Numbered from the stretch's first letter, positions 1 to 13,145 are shown. The stretch is DNA of 64,000 nt from Lytechinus pictus (GCF_037042905.1 NC_087251.1:7442001-7506000), one strand, 5' to 3'. Notes: a model not told the origin generated them from the letters alone. Numbers and translations are program-made.

Positions 1-721
1 CTGATAATTTTGTTGGAAAAATAATATACAAGCAGTATTTGTCAAAACTTATAATTGATTTTGTAACCTACAATGGACTTGAAATAGAAGGGAAAGGAGC
101 ATATATGTCAGCTTCACATTATCATTCTTTTTCATCAATTAACCACTTTTTCTGATTCTTGTGCTGGTCTAGTGTGAACCTGGGCAGGATGAGTTTTTAT
201 ACCAAGGTTGAATAGATGAAGCATTGCACAGTATCTTAGCTCTACATATATGTATACAATGTGTGACAATACAATGAGGGTACCAACATTACACCTCTTT
301 ATCACAATAGCAAAGTCTGTGACAATACTATGCACTATCATATAGCCCTATCCATAATGTTTTATTCATGACATTGAAGAACTGAAACTGGTCATCACCT
401 CTACAAGTACAGCACTTTTAAAATCTATTTCTATATCTTTCAAAGAAATCATGCCTCAGTGGTAAATTTCAATCCTGCTTACGTTTCATTATGTTATAAT
501 ACTAACAATGTGATTCACAAGCCAACATTCGTGTTTACAACCTCACTATCCACCATTATCAACATACATTTAAGCATTTAAGGTGAGGTATTCTTATAGG
601 TGAAGTCACAACCTGTCGATCATAACATTTTAGTCCATCCTTTTGTAGTGGTACACATTTTGTCACACTGAACCAAATTGATCTTAAGAGGGCGCTATGC
701 CAGTTTATGTTTAATCTTTGT

Positions 722-911
722 GAAGTGCCGTGGCCGAGTGGTCTAAGGTGCCTGGCTATACATTGAAAGTCTGGGGTTCAATCCCCGGCCGCGGCACCTA
801 TGCCCGTGAGCAAGGCATGTAATCTACAATGCTCTTTTATCCTGCTTTCAAGTAAATGGAAATGCTATATGCATTATTGGTAACTAGGTGTGCACTTGTT
901 TTAAAAAAAAA
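722..911 (+). mobile_element. tRNA-derived SINE (family 1)
   Basis: A box TGGCCGAGTGG, B box GGTTCAATCCC, non-tRNA body and A tail. A second copy is at 31016-31157. Confidence 0.85.
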
Positions 912-934
912 TGTATACAAAAAAATAGAATAGC

Positions 935-1051
935 TGTCCCTGGATATCAAATCCTTTTCACATGTTAAATGCTACTGTGTTTCCTCTAAAATGTCCCTGG
1001 ATATCAAATCCCTTTCATGTGTTAAATGCTACTGTGTTTACTCTAAAATGT
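935..1051. repeat. Tandem duplication of a ~57-bp unit (2 copies)
   Basis: tgtccctggatatcaaatcc...tgttaaatgctactgtgttt..ctctaaaa occurs twice in tandem. Confidence 0.85.
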
Positions 1052-2029
1052 TGAGAACGTGCAAACACCTTTTGTGCTAATGGAAATGTACACCTGAATA
1101 TTCCAAAACTATCCATTCGTAATTAGCTATTCCCGGGTGCTTCCAACATTCTTTCTTTTTGCTTTATACAATAGGAGCTCTGATTGGACGCACTCTAGAA
1201 GAGTTGTTTTCTGATTGGTTATGAGATTGGTAATTTTAGGTTATGGTTATGGCTGAAATGGCCTTTGTGATCGGATAGTATTTTAGGTACTTGCATGACG
1301 CTGTATGAGAATGGGCTAGCATCTCGAAGGCCAGTGAGCGCTGAGTCTCACAGAGCCTGGTCAGTTTGATTTTCGTTCTTCGTTAAGGATGTGCACCTTC
1401 CAGTTGGTGTCCATATTTGTGGCTCGCCCTGACATTTCTTATATTTATAAAGATTTATCTTTTGACATTCGAGGGAACGCTGATATATCAATCTTTTTTA
1501 AGAGATCTGATAAATAAAATAAACTTCAACTGGAATGAACTTGTTCTTCTCTTTGTTTTTGTTGTCATCGTACGGTACCCCTACACTTTAACAGATCTCT
1601 ACAATAAAGAGTTTTCCACGGAGCTGTGATATCATATTAAAATGTAACAAACTAACATTAATGTTATCTCCACTTTCACCATTATTAACACACATTTATT
1701 TATTTTCAATTGAGGTATTTTAAGAGGTGATGCCATGACCTGTCATGACCTTTCATGGCATTAGAGTCCATTATCCTTTAACATATTTCTCTATCTTCAA
1801 AATAAAGTGTTTCTAATGGAGCTTCCATATTTTGTTAAAACATCATATCTCCAAGTCCAGTCTCTAAAGCCATCTTCTAAATACCATACAAAGCTGGAAT
1901 GTAGAGGATACGGGGCACAAATTGTAATCTTTCATGACATCATATTATATTCCATATTTCCAAGGCTGTGTATTTAAGGATTCAAGATCTCTAGAAGAGT
2001 TACATTGAAAGGTCAAAGGTCGTGTTCAT

Positions 2030-2122
2030 TCATGATCTTATAATACAGTCCACCATTCCAAGGCTGTCTACTCCATCATACAGAAAGAAGTTGTCCAGTG
2101 GGGCATCTCGACCAGACGCAGC
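2030..2122 (-). CDS. SAE1: SAE1 last coding exon (AASGRDAPLDNFFLYDGVDSLGMVDCIIRS*)
   Basis: Acceptor gtccacag|; PxxNFFxxDG motif; TGA at 2032-2030. The spliced CDS totals 1023 nt (340 aa). Confidence 0.95.
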   Translation of the reverse strand, partial: AASGRDAPLDNFFLYDGVDSLGMVDCIIRS

Positions 2123-2559
2123 CTGTGGACACAAATGGAATGACAATTTTAGTAGAATGGATAAGAATCCTTTGCTCAACATATAAAGTATTGAAAATGC
2201 CATCAAATATTGAGTTATTGTGTATACTGTCATGCTATGAACTGGGCTTTCTGTCCTGTAAACTATTGAGAAAGCTCACAAATCATAGTTCCTCTCCTTT
2301 TCTGTACAAAACAACTTGAAACAACTTTCTATATTTTCAATTTCTGTGGTAAACAGATCTTGTAAGAAATTTATCTTTTATTCTTTGAAGTAGAAAATAC
2401 TGAATTTGTTTCATTCAGCAGAGGATTCAGTTTTATTTTCAAATTGGCTAATAGAGATTACAAAAGTATACTCATATCAATTCATATTTAAAAAATTAAT
2501 GAAAGGCAAACACCAATATTCACAATTAATATTATACAAAAGGACAAAACGTAGAAAGC

Positions 2560-2888
2560 AACAAGTGGAACAACTCTGGCAATCTCGCTTGCATTATGCG
2601 ATTCAACATAGCAGCAGTGCTGACTTTGAAAACAACTATTGATAATTGTTCACAATAAAAACATTGATTAAACACTAGATTTATTGACCCTAAATGACCT
2701 TAGACTTTCATCATTTGACCTAAGACTTGTGCAAAACAATTATTTCCAAGTTTCATGAACTAGGTCCATACACTTTTTAAGCTATGATGGCGACATTTCA
2801 AAAACTTAATCTTGGCTTAAGATTTCAATGTTGATGATGCCGCGACCACCAGAAAAGCGGCACCTCTGCTATGGAGGCGAGACAAAAA
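2560..2888. mobile_element. Short Helentron-like non-autonomous element (HINE/DINE-1 type), family A
   Basis: Same termini (aacaagtggaa... / ...gagacaaaaa) as the copies at 15742 and 58830, with the central repeats reduced. Confidence 0.7.
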
Positions 2889-2950
2889 TGTGGATGAAAT
2901 TCTATAAAGCAACATGGCATTAATAAAGGTTGCATTTGTATATTACCTAA

Positions 2951-5051
2951 CAGGGACCTGAGAAGCGGGGGTGCTGGGGGTGCTGAAGCACCCCCAGAAA
3001 TTATCCTGGGGGTGCTGCGTGTATTATTTTCCATAGGCAGCACCCCCACGAAATCAGGTTCCCCCTGTATTTTTTTATATATTATAATGTACATAATTAT
3101 CACATCAGGAAATCGCAAATCATTTACATAGTCTTTCACATATTCCAATAACATCCCTCCTATATAACGCGACTCAATCAAGCTCCAGCGGGGCAGCACT
3201 CCGATACAGACGTAGTCGCGCGCAATACGTGATACACACTGGGGTGGTTGGACTTGAAACTTCCAGGTTTTATGTCGAATCAATTTAGTGAGCGCGCGCC
3301 CGACCGCCCGTGTATTGTATACAAAAATTACAAGTAATAGAAATCAAATTTCACAGTCTTTTTCGCCCTGCCCCCATGGCCCTACGGGCTAGGAATCGGG
3401 GGTGTTCGGGGTAAAGCACCCCCAAAATTTGGGGGTGCTGCGTGTGTTATTTTCCATATATATAGGCAGCGCACCTCCTAGAAATCTAGTGGTAGGTATG
3501 ATAAATGACAGAAATTTAATGAAAATGAACAACGTTTTGTAGACCCCCCCCCCCCTTCAGAATTTTCCGACACATTACTTGAAATAGTGTTTAAATTCAC
3601 CCTCTTTCAGATCGGAATATCAAATGTTTTCTGCTCGCGCTTCGCGCTCGCATTATTTATTTTTATCATAAAAAATTTAATTAGAATGCCCAGATACTAG
3701 GTCTAACTCTAAACACGCGTACGCATGTTTTTATTCAGATACGTAGCTTGATTTGGGGGGGGTGTACTCCGGGCTGAAAATATTTATATCAAATACATTT
3801 TATCAAAATAAATAAATTTTATCAAAATCTGATAACAATTACTAAAGTTATTTAATTCTAAAGTTTAGCAATATTTTATGAAAATGGTGATATGCATGTC
3901 GTCATGAATATTTAATAGGTGGGCTGATCAATGCTGTCACATCCCCACTATCCTAGCTGTTCCTTGTGGAATCAAAATTGTTTCATTTTTTTCATACCAG
4001 AATGAATGATATGTCTCCCTTATAATGGAATAAGTTGCAGCAAAGAATATCTAATGGACTAAATCAGTTGTCAATTCAACTGTTTTGGTTCTTGAAAGGA
4101 AAATATTGAATAAACCTAATTTTATATAATAAAATACAAAAGAACAAGTGGGGAATAATGCTAATCTTTAAAATGCAATAACTGTGATTCCTTGTCTGAT
4201 TTTGATCAAATCTTTATTCATATGTTCGTCTGAGTTTTCTTTATCTGTTCAAACCATTTTACATTCAGTGTGGAGTTTCAGATCAGAATATCACAAATTT
4301 TCTGCTCGCGCTTCGCGCTCACATTATTAATTTAAGAATATATCCAATTACCCATCATTTTCTTGATTTACATTTCAGGTCTGAAATCTCAATTTTGTTT
4401 CCGCTCGCGCTTTGCGCTCGCATCAATTGTATAGTTCCATACCTATCCTGTTCATGATTAGAAAAGTGCACTGATGTCTCGTTTTTAGGTTTGAAATCTC
4501 ATTTTTATTTCCGCTCACGCTTCGCGCTTGCATCAATTGTATAGTTTTATACCTATACTCATCATGATTAGAAAAGTACTTAGAATCTCTCGTTTTTTTG
4601 GTCTGAAATCTCAATTTTGTTTCCGCTCGCGCTTCGCGCTCGCATCAATTGTAAATATACCTATCCTGCTCATAATTTAAAAAAAAGTGCTTAGAATGTC
4701 CAGTATTTAGGTCGGAATGTCAATTTTTTCAGCTCGCGCTTCGCGCTCGCATTATTTGATTGTTGATATATGTATCGTCTTCATGGGTAACTGTAAAACA
4801 GTCCTTATAACACGTCCCTTTCGATCAGGCCAGAGCGTATATAAAAAAATATCTGCTCACACTCACAATTATAATTTGTTACATACGCATCTTGGACCAC
4901 AAACATTGCTAAAAATGTTCAATTTTCAGGACAAAATACATGAAATTTCCACAAAAAATAGCTCGCGCTTTGCGCTCGAATTATCTAATTATATATTTAT
5001 GTTCTTTTATAAGAAGAAAGCCAAGAAGTGACTATCATATATATGTATATT

Positions 5052-5085
<34 letters not shown>

Positions 5086-5189
5086 GTATGTGTGTGTGTA
5101 ATAATGTTAAACTCAATTGTGTCTGTCCCCCCCCTCCTCTGAGGAGAGATTTCAGCAACCCCACTGAAAAAATCGTTCCCAGGTCCCTG
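2951..5189. mobile_element. Non-autonomous hAT-like DNA transposon in SAE1 intron 6
   Basis: TIR cagggacctg / caggtccctg; exact 8-bp TSD ttacctaa (2943-2950, 5190-5197). Internal ~100-120-bp degenerate repeats carry gctcgcgcttcgcgctcgca. Confidence 0.88.
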
Positions 5190-5257
5190 TTACCTAAGTG
5201 TAAAAGTTGAACTTTAATCTACAGCCCAGGACATCAATCCAGAATTAATTTTAAAAT

Positions 5258-5922
5258 CAACAAGGCAAAAGCGATTTTGTGTCTCGCCCACTTATGAAAA
5301 TAACCAGAAATATTGCGAGGGCACGCAACATAATTGTATCGAAACTTCATTGTGAAATGACTGGGATGGAATAACACTTGTCATAAGAGCCTTGCACATA
5401 AACTTTAATGTTGACCTGAAAATGACCTTTGACCTTACCATGTGACCTCCGACTGCAGCATAACATGCAGGTCCCCCAAGTCCATCCACCATCCAAGTTT
5501 GGTTGAAAAGTGACTTACGGTTGCGGAGTTAGGTGTCATAAGAGAGTCTTGCATGTAAACTTTAACGTTGACCTAAAAATGACCTTTGACCTTACCATGT
5601 GACCTCCGACTGCAGAATAACATGCAGGTCCCTTTAGTCCATCCACCATCCAAGTTTGGTTGAAAAGTGACTTACGGTTGCGGAGTTAGGTGTCAAAAGA
5701 GAGTCTTGCATGTAAACTTTAACGTTGACCTGAAAATGACCTTTGACCTTATCATGTGACCTCCGACTGCAGCATAACATGCACGTCCCTTAAGTCCATC
5801 TACCATTCAAGTTTCGTTGAAAAGTGACTTACGGTTGCAGAGTTATGTGTCATTAGGTTTGTGACGGACAGACGACATTTGGATCCCTAAGTCTCGCCTT
5901 CACCTCTGGATGGCAAGACAAT
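5258..5922. mobile_element. HINE-like element, family B, with 3 tandem ~157-bp units
   Basis: Subterminal IR gtctcgcccac / atggcaagac; units start at 5380, 5535 and 5692; gacg microsatellite. Same family as 26497-28115. Confidence 0.82.
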
Positions 5923-6092
5923 AAGAAGGATAGAAATAGATGATTGGAGAAAGTCTGAAGGAAACCAATAAATATAAAACATTAGAAAGGAACTGTTATG
6001 TTATTCAACTTTTATAGGGTCTGAGGTATGGTGATTTCACTTATGGATTGCAGACTCTATTTTCTTAAGGTTTGTTACTCAAAATAACATAC

Positions 6093-6162
6093 CTTGATTA
6101 TTTCCTGTCCCATGATTCCACCGACAATAGCACATGTTGGTCCTAGTTCTCCTGTACAGTAT
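6093..6162 (-). CDS. SAE1: SAE1 coding exon 6 (YCTGELGPTCAIVGGIMGQEIIK)
   Basis: Conserved E1 motif PxCAxVGGxxxQExxK. Acceptor aatag|, donor |GTATGT; 70 nt. Confidence 0.95.
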
Positions 6163-6557
6163 CTATTTGGATCAAACAGAGAAAATCCATTAATTACTTA
6201 ACAAATCAAAATATATGAAGACATTAACCCTTTGAAACCCTCTGTGCTGAATTATTTTCAGGGAAAGATGCTACAACTTTTCACAGCAACATTTTGAGGG
6301 GAAATGTTTCACAGCAAAGTTGTAAATAATTTCACAAGCTTTCTCACTATAATATTTTTTAGAATATAATGTTAAGAAATTTGGCAAATAATGCCTAATT
6401 TCACACATACATGGTCTCATTATGGTAAAGATAAATAGAATGGATTGTTTGTTTGAGCGTGAAATGTGAAGTTCATGCGGCACCGAGTGTGCATTGGTGT
6501 GAAGTACGCGTGAAAAGAGTTACAAGAAACATCAAATCAAATGATATCAAGAAAGCT

Positions 6558-7918
6558 AACAAGAGTGTCGCTAAGGCGAGCACATAATACGCCCGTCTGT
6601 AACGTGGAAAATAGAGTTATTGGTCAAGAAAGAAAAGTGATAGGTGGCAACTTCAACTTTGACCTTCTGACCTCAAAATCAATAGAATTGCTAGGATCTT
6701 TGCTAGTATCATACACACCAAATTATATGAGCCTAGGTTAAGTTCAACTAAAGTTATCGTGTTAACAAAGACTTCAGAAGGGTAAGATGAAAACATGTTA
6801 CTGTGATCTTGACCTTTGACCTTTTGACCTCAAAATCAATTGGCTTCCTGGGATCCATGCTAGTATCATACACCCCAAATTATATGAGCCTAGGTTACGT
6901 TAAACTGAAGTTATCGCGTTACAAGGACTGCAGAAGGGTAAGATGAAAACATGTCACTGTGACCTTAACCTTTTGACCTCAAAATCAATAGGTTTCCTGT
7001 GATCCATGCTAGTATCATACACCCCAAATAATATGAGCCTAGGTTACGTTTAACTGAAGTTATCGCGTTTACAAGGACTGCAGAAGGGTAAGATGAAAAC
7101 ATGTTGGTGTGACCTTGACCTTTGGACCTAAAAATCAAAAGGCTTCCTGGGATCCATGCTAGTATCACACACCCCAAATTATATGAGCCTACGTTAAATT
7201 CAACTAAAGTTATCGCATTTACAAGGACTTCAGAAGGGTAAGATGAAAACATGTTGGTGTGACCTTGACCTTTCACCTTTTGACCTCAAAATCAATAGGC
7301 TTCCTGAGATCCATGCTAGTATCATACACACCAAATTATATGAGCCTAGGTTAAGTCAAACTGAAGTTATCACGTTTACAAGGAATGCAGAAGGGTAAGA
7401 TGAAAATATGTCAGTGTGACCTTAACCTTTGGACCTCAAAATCAATAGGCTTCGTGGGATCCATGCTAGTATCATACACACCAAATTATATGAGCCTAGC
7501 TTAAGTCAAACTGAAGTTATCGCGTTAAAAGGAATGCAGAAGGGTAAGATGAAAATATGTCAGTGTGACCTTGACCTTTGGACCTCAAAATCAATAGACT
7601 TCCTGGGATTCATGCTAGTATCATACACACCAACCAAATTATATGAGCCTAGGTTAAGTCAAACTGAAGTTATCGCGTTTACAAGTAATGCAGAAGGATA
7701 ATATGAAAACATGTCACTGTGACCTTGACCTTTGACCTTTTGACCTCATATTTGATAGGCTTCCTGGGATCCATGCTAGTATCATACACACCAATTTATA
7801 TGAGCCTAGAGTGAGTCAAACTGAAGTTATCGCGTTTACAAGGAAAAGTTAACGGACAGACAGACGGACACCGAGCATGATACCATAAAACGTCCCGTCT
7901 ATGATGGGCGTATAATAA
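6558..7918. mobile_element. HINE-like element, family C, with ~8 tandem ~150-160-bp units
   Basis: Starts aacaagag; subterminal IR tacgcccgtc / gatgggcgta. Repeated gggatccatgctagtatcatacac...tgaccttgacctttgacc units; (gaca/gacg) microsatellite before a terminal hairpin. Confidence 0.82.
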
Positions 7919-8117
7919 AAACAACTGAACATCTGATGTACACACTAAAATGTGTCAGACCTTTTCATGAACACCCACAGCCCCACACATTTGCAACTGT
8001 GTTAAGCCATAATTTCTATCCTAATTTTGGGGTCAATTAAAAAACAGTTTACATAGATAATATAACATAAACATGTACTAGCAACATCATGACATCCTTT
8101 TGAACAAAGTCACTTAC

Positions 8118-8262
8118 TGTGTATAATTGCTGTCAATTAGATCAGTCTTTAGTCCCAGCTCAGTAAAGACTTCATTATGTAGTCTTTCAAGTTCTGTTCC
8201 GTCATTCTCTAAGCTCTCTGCCTTGGGCTTCCGACCAAACTCATCATGGAATTTGAAAAGCA
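8118..8262 (-). CDS. SAE1: SAE1 coding exon 5 (VLFKFHDEFGRKPKAESLENDGTELERL...LIDSNYTQ)
   Basis: Acceptor ttttgcag|, donor |GTAAGT; 145 nt; phases 1 and 2 are consistent. KF...GRxP motif. Confidence 0.93.
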
Positions 8263-8964
8263 CTGCAAAATAATGGTGAGAAAATTGAGAATAGATCATA
8301 CCAATCATATTCATTCAACATGACAACATAGAATGAAGAAGTTCTCAAGCTTGAAATGCAGACAATTCAATTGTTTTAATTCCAAGGTACAGAATTAAAA
8401 GACTGAACTTGAACTGTTCAGTCAGTCAGGTAAAGGAACAAAGTGGTAGGACTACTGAAATCGAAATTCAGTCCAGTTCGAGCCTCCCTGAATGAATAAA
8501 AACAAATTCCATTCCAAAGCGTAATGACGTCAACATCAGCTGCGTCTTGAAGACAATTTGGACTTAAGTCAGACCACAGGGCTTGCCGCATAGTAAAAAT
8601 ATGATACTGGTATTTCTAAAATCATGCCAAATTTCAAATAAAATAATTTTACTTCTTGGAACTTTCATATTTAATGCAAAATGCGATTTCTTGAAAAATC
8701 GTGTCGCATCGGATCACAGTGTGAGATGGGCTTCAAAGTAACTTTGAATCCAGTACAACTTTAAAAAAGCATTAACATACCGGGTAATTTGTGTTTGCAA
8801 TTCAGCATAATAAAACAATGTTGTTGTTTTTATAAGGTGGAAAATTGCTTATTTGGGATATTTAGAAACTTCTCTTTGAGTAACCTCCCATTGAATGTGT
8901 GAACTATTTACTATGAAAGACATATGCAGACCTTTAAACTAATAATCACTGAACATGATTTTAC

Positions 8965-9161
8965 CTCTTAGAATGAAGAATACATATGGAGACCTCTTGA
9001 GTTGTTTTTCTGTTAAAGTTGACCAATCTTTATCAAAACATTCCTTCAGTCGATGAAAGGTTTTTGTTTTTTTAACGAATACAGTCTCTGTTGGATCAGC
9101 CTTCAATTTCTTAGATTCACTGTCTGTTGCACTGCTTCCTTTTACTTTCTTGGGTTTTTCT
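8965..9161 (-). CDS. SAE1: SAE1 coding exon 4 (EKPKKVKGSSATDSESKKLKADPTETVFVKKTKTFHRLKECFDKDW...YVFFILR)
   Basis: Read manually; absent from the ORF track. Open frame, acceptor ttttttag|, donor |GTAAAA; 197 nt; phases match both neighbours. Contains the basic KKLK loop and the ETxxVKK segment seen in SAE1. Confidence 0.92.
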
Positions 9162-9934
9162 CTAAAAAAATGGGAGAAACAAAATTACCATTAATTAAGC
9201 TTTCAATCATAGGATTGAAAGCTTAGAAATGCAAAAATAAGGTAATTAATAATACAATGGTCCAGTTCATGCATAGGGTCCACTTTAGACCTTTTCCATT
9301 GAGAAGCCCCATGGACAAAAAAATAAATGAGTTTAAAGAGAATAACTATCATTGTTGTTAGTTAAATACCAATAGGTCCTACCTCCACTAGCTTAACTGG
9401 ACTCAATCTATGTTACCTTTGGGTGGAAAAATATTCAAACATGGCAAAAGCAAGCACTTATGGTGTCAACCTCAAAAATGGAATTTAATGTCTAAAGCTG
9501 CAAAATTAACAGTTTAGCCTTCAGTTTTTTGTTGTTGAGTGTATGAGTTGTCCTTAAATATCATACAGGGACCTCTTAAGTATGAATTTTAGGCCAGTGA
9601 AAATTAGTGGCAGGCCGTGGCATTTTCCCTTCACATTTGAGTGAACATTATCAAGTCTCTGAGCTTTTATTTTTCAAGGAAGAAAAGTGGACTGCTCAAA
9701 ACAAGAAATTCAATACCACCAAAGACTATGAAAATCAGCCACTTTCATGTATTAAATATGTTTTTCTTAATTTTCACTGTCCACCAGTCCGAAAGAAATT
9801 GCACCAGTCACTGTCCGCTTTGACTCAGCCCTACATCTACCGTAATTACAAAGTCTCTTGTTTTCCACATTCTACATTCCAATTTTTGTGTTTTTTTATT
9901 TCATGTACTTAACATATGAAAAGAAAAAATTTAA

Positions 9935-10350
9935 AGACCCTGACCAGAACCAAATTTGAAATTGACAAATCACATTGAAAGCTTTTAAACTGCAAAGCAA
10001 AGCAATGTAAGCTTCCTACCGGAGTATTTTGCTTAAGAATAGCTTTAATTACCGGGCTTCGAAAATAAGCTTAATTGCGCTTTTCACTAGCCTGATGCCA
10101 TTTTGTGTAAAAAGCACTGTGATGGTTTGTACATAGAAAAACTGGGTGATATTTTTTTGCTTTTCAGATTACGGTTTGATTTTCTTCACTTCTATCACAT
10201 AGAGTTATCATAGATATATTTTCCTGCAAGCTCGAACTGATGAAATCTAGAGCGTTGGACTATGATTTGGTAAAAAAAAATTCTCGCTTATTTGGTGCAG
10301 CTTTCCAATTCTATCTGCATTCAGACTATGTGTAGTTCTGATCTGGGTCT
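9935..10350. mobile_element. Small TIR element at a TTAA-like site
   Basis: ttaa|agaccctgaccagaac ... gttctgatctgggtct|taa. Confidence 0.55.
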
Positions 10351-10860
10351 TAAAGTTTCTATTATTTATATACACACACTGCATTGATGTAGTGAAAGCT
10401 TGACAATCACATGCTTAATATAGCAAACAGGTTTGATCAGCAAATTTTCATCTGATGCAAAATTTTCATTTATTGAATTTCACTTTGATTTTTTTTTTTA
10501 CTATATCTTGGTATTTTTCAAGAATTTTTTTTTAAAGTTTGCAGAAAACTGGGAACAATAGTGTATCACAATACACATGGGCTTAATAAATACTGTACCT
10601 GGGCAGTCTCTGTGTAATCTATCTCCATGGACAACTCTTCCCCTTGAAAGCAAAGAGGAAGAGTCAAAAATGGAATTTGGTGTCAACAAACTATGACATG
10701 TTTAGTAACAAAATTTAGTCAAGATTCTAGACCATTGCAGCTGAAAAAATTTATAGCTATTTTCCCCCTTAAAAAATGAATAAAAAATCGATCTTATGTC
10801 TTGTATCTCTCAGGAATAATAGTAATAACATAAGAGTGTAAACAAGATTGGCCGACTTAC

Positions 10861-11117
10861 TCAACATAACTGTGTTCATTGAGGTCTGTAAATGAGAAGC
10901 CATAAAAGCCATAAATATCTCCAGCAAAGAACTTGATACCAGCCTCATGACATATCTGATTAACATGCATCATGGTTTGGACACTACAGCAGGTCACACA
11001 TACAATGTCAAATTGCTTGAAGAAGTCTTCAGGTTTGTCACAGACATTCCCTTCATCAGAGCTGACAACCACATTGGGATTCAGGTTCTGTGCTCGCTGT
11101 ACTGAAGCTGTAGCTCT
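10861..11117 (-). CDS. SAE1: SAE1 coding exon 3 (RATASVQRAQNLNPNVVV...FFKQFDIVCVT...GFYGFSFTDLNEHSYVE)
   Basis: The RAQNLNP and GFSFTDL-EH motifs match SAE1. Acceptor tttcag|, donor |GTAAGT; 257 nt, phases 0 and 2. Confidence 0.95.
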
Positions 11118-11638
11118 CTGAAAGAGACACAGCAGCTAATTAGTTTGTAGTAAAAAAAAATGCATGACATGAAATAAAAATCAATAAATGACATTTGGCC
11201 ATGCACTCCCAAAGTTATGCAAACATTTTATACTTGCACATCAGACCAAAATTTTATTCGAAATGTGATGATTCCATTAAAAAATTTTCAATACAAAATG
11301 AATATCCAGCTAAAAATCACAATAATTTTTCATCAAGGTTTTCTGAAATACAAAGTGGAAATAATAAATTAATACTAATTTACATAACAAAATAAAGCTA
11401 CAAGAGATTCTTTGAGACCATTTCTTTTTGGATTTCTAAGAGTTAACAGATTCTTAAAGATATCTATTAAAGACTTCAGAAATATATTTAAAAAACAAGG
11501 TTTTACGTTTGAGGTTCACTCAAACAGGAGACATGCATTATACATGTCTCCTGTTTGAGTTAACCACAAACTTCAAACCTTGTATTCTTGAATATCTTTC
11601 TGAATTACTGAATAGATATATTTAAGAATCCAAATTAC

Positions 11639-11810
11639 ATTTTTGCCGATGTCTTCCCTAGCAGCCAAGAATTGGGAACTTGAATCATCCCTTGTTACAC
11701 ATTCTGAGTCCATCAAAGTGATAGCCTTAATTCCAGCCAATACAATGTTTTTGCAGACCTCAGCACCTAGACCACCAAGGCCTACCAAGAGAAGATTACT
11801 AGCTCTCAAC
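11639..11810 (-). CDS. SAE1: SAE1 coding exon 2 (RLRASNLLLVGLGGLGAEVCKNIVLAGIKAITLMD...EDIGKN)
   Basis: ThiF/E1 Rossmann-like VGLGGLGAEVCKN motif. Acceptor ttcag| at 11811, donor |GTAATT at 11638; 172 nt. Confidence 0.96.
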
Positions 11811-12244
11811 CTGAATAATAAAGGGAGCAGAGTGAGAAGACAAATTAAGAACACAGTTATATATATATATGCCACTTATTTGAACAGTAATTCAAAATAA
11901 CTTTAATAGTACAGAACTTTACAGGGCAGTGTGGACACCTATTGAAGCTAACTATACCAGATGCAGGAGTTTCTGGTACAGATGAGAAAAGGAAATCTGA
12001 ATCTTTGGTGTAGTTTGATATGATTTGTTGACAGTGAAAAATGAAAATGAAAATGCTTCAAAATTAACCACTGATTCGAAAATGGCGAACACGAATTGCG
12101 CGTGGGTCATGCGCAATTCCCATTCGCCATTTTGAATTGGGTAGGTGTAATGGAGGGTAGTGATAGTGAAGTGTAACTTCATGGAGCCTACACAAACCAT
12201 TGCCGAGGCTGAGGTAAATTAGCCTGAGGTACAAATAATCCTAA

Positions 12245-13145
12245 CCTAGAGGACTCCATGATTATATTTTTCATGATTTTGATATTGTCATTACAATACA
12301 CAGCCTAGACACGCATATGGGACTGTGCCTAGCAAACTTAATACACAAGAGGGGAATTTCCTTCATATCTAACATTTTATTAAATTACATACCTTTATAC
12401 ACCTAATAAATGCGTATAAAGGTACTACTATTTCACACAAAAAATAAGAAAAAATGAGAGGTTTCTTACCAGACCGATCTCGTGTATCTATTTGTAAACA
12501 CTGCAAATACAATAGGCTTTACCCTTGAACCGCTCGATATGACGTTACGTTATGACGATACTATGTTACGAAGTGCCGTTTTGAAGAACAATTCATAGAT
12601 TAAAATTACTATTTAGTAAATTATAAAATTTTGATTTCAATTGTGAATAAATATTATATAGACCTTATCTATTTACAATCAAAATTTCAATCTAATTATT
12701 TAATAAATAATAATTTTGATCTATGAATTGTTCTTCAAAACGGCACTTCGTAACATAGCTCATGGAAGCTACGTCATATCGAAGTGGTTCAAGCCTATTT
12801 ACTTTATTGTATTTGCAGTATTTTTGAATGGATACACGAGATCGGTCTGGTAAGAAACCTTTCATTTTTCTAATTTTTTGTGTGAAATAGTAGTAGGTCT
12901 ACCTTTATACACATAAGGTGTATAAAGGTTTGTAATTAAATTAAATTTTAGTTAAAATTCGTTGGATGGTTACAATGTTGATGTGAAGCGAATTTTCTTC
13001 TTGTGTATTATTAAAGTTCGCTAGGCACATTCCCATATACGTGCCTAACTTAGGCTCCGTGATAGATGACTAGATCTAGAACTAGTAGACTACTTTATAC
13101 AATAATAATTAAAATCATTGAAAATATATCATCAGGGAGTCTAGG
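12245..13145. mobile_element. ~900-bp foldback (long palindromic) element
   Basis: The arms are reverse complements over most of their length, e.g. ttcttaccagaccgatctcgtgtatc / gatacacgagatcggtctggtaagaa and ccgttttgaagaacaattcatagat / atctatgaattgttcttcaaaacgg. Centre near 12660. Confidence 0.88.

Noticed and set aside
722..800. Possible tRNA genes at 722 and 39934
   Set aside because: A and B boxes are present, but there is no proper acceptor stem or cloverleaf. Both continue into a SINE body and A tail, and family 1 has a second truncated copy.
1695..1700. SAE1 polyadenylation signal (AATAAA on the minus strand)
   Set aside because: It is plausible, but such hexamers are common in AT-rich DNA and the site cannot be chosen without 3'-end data.
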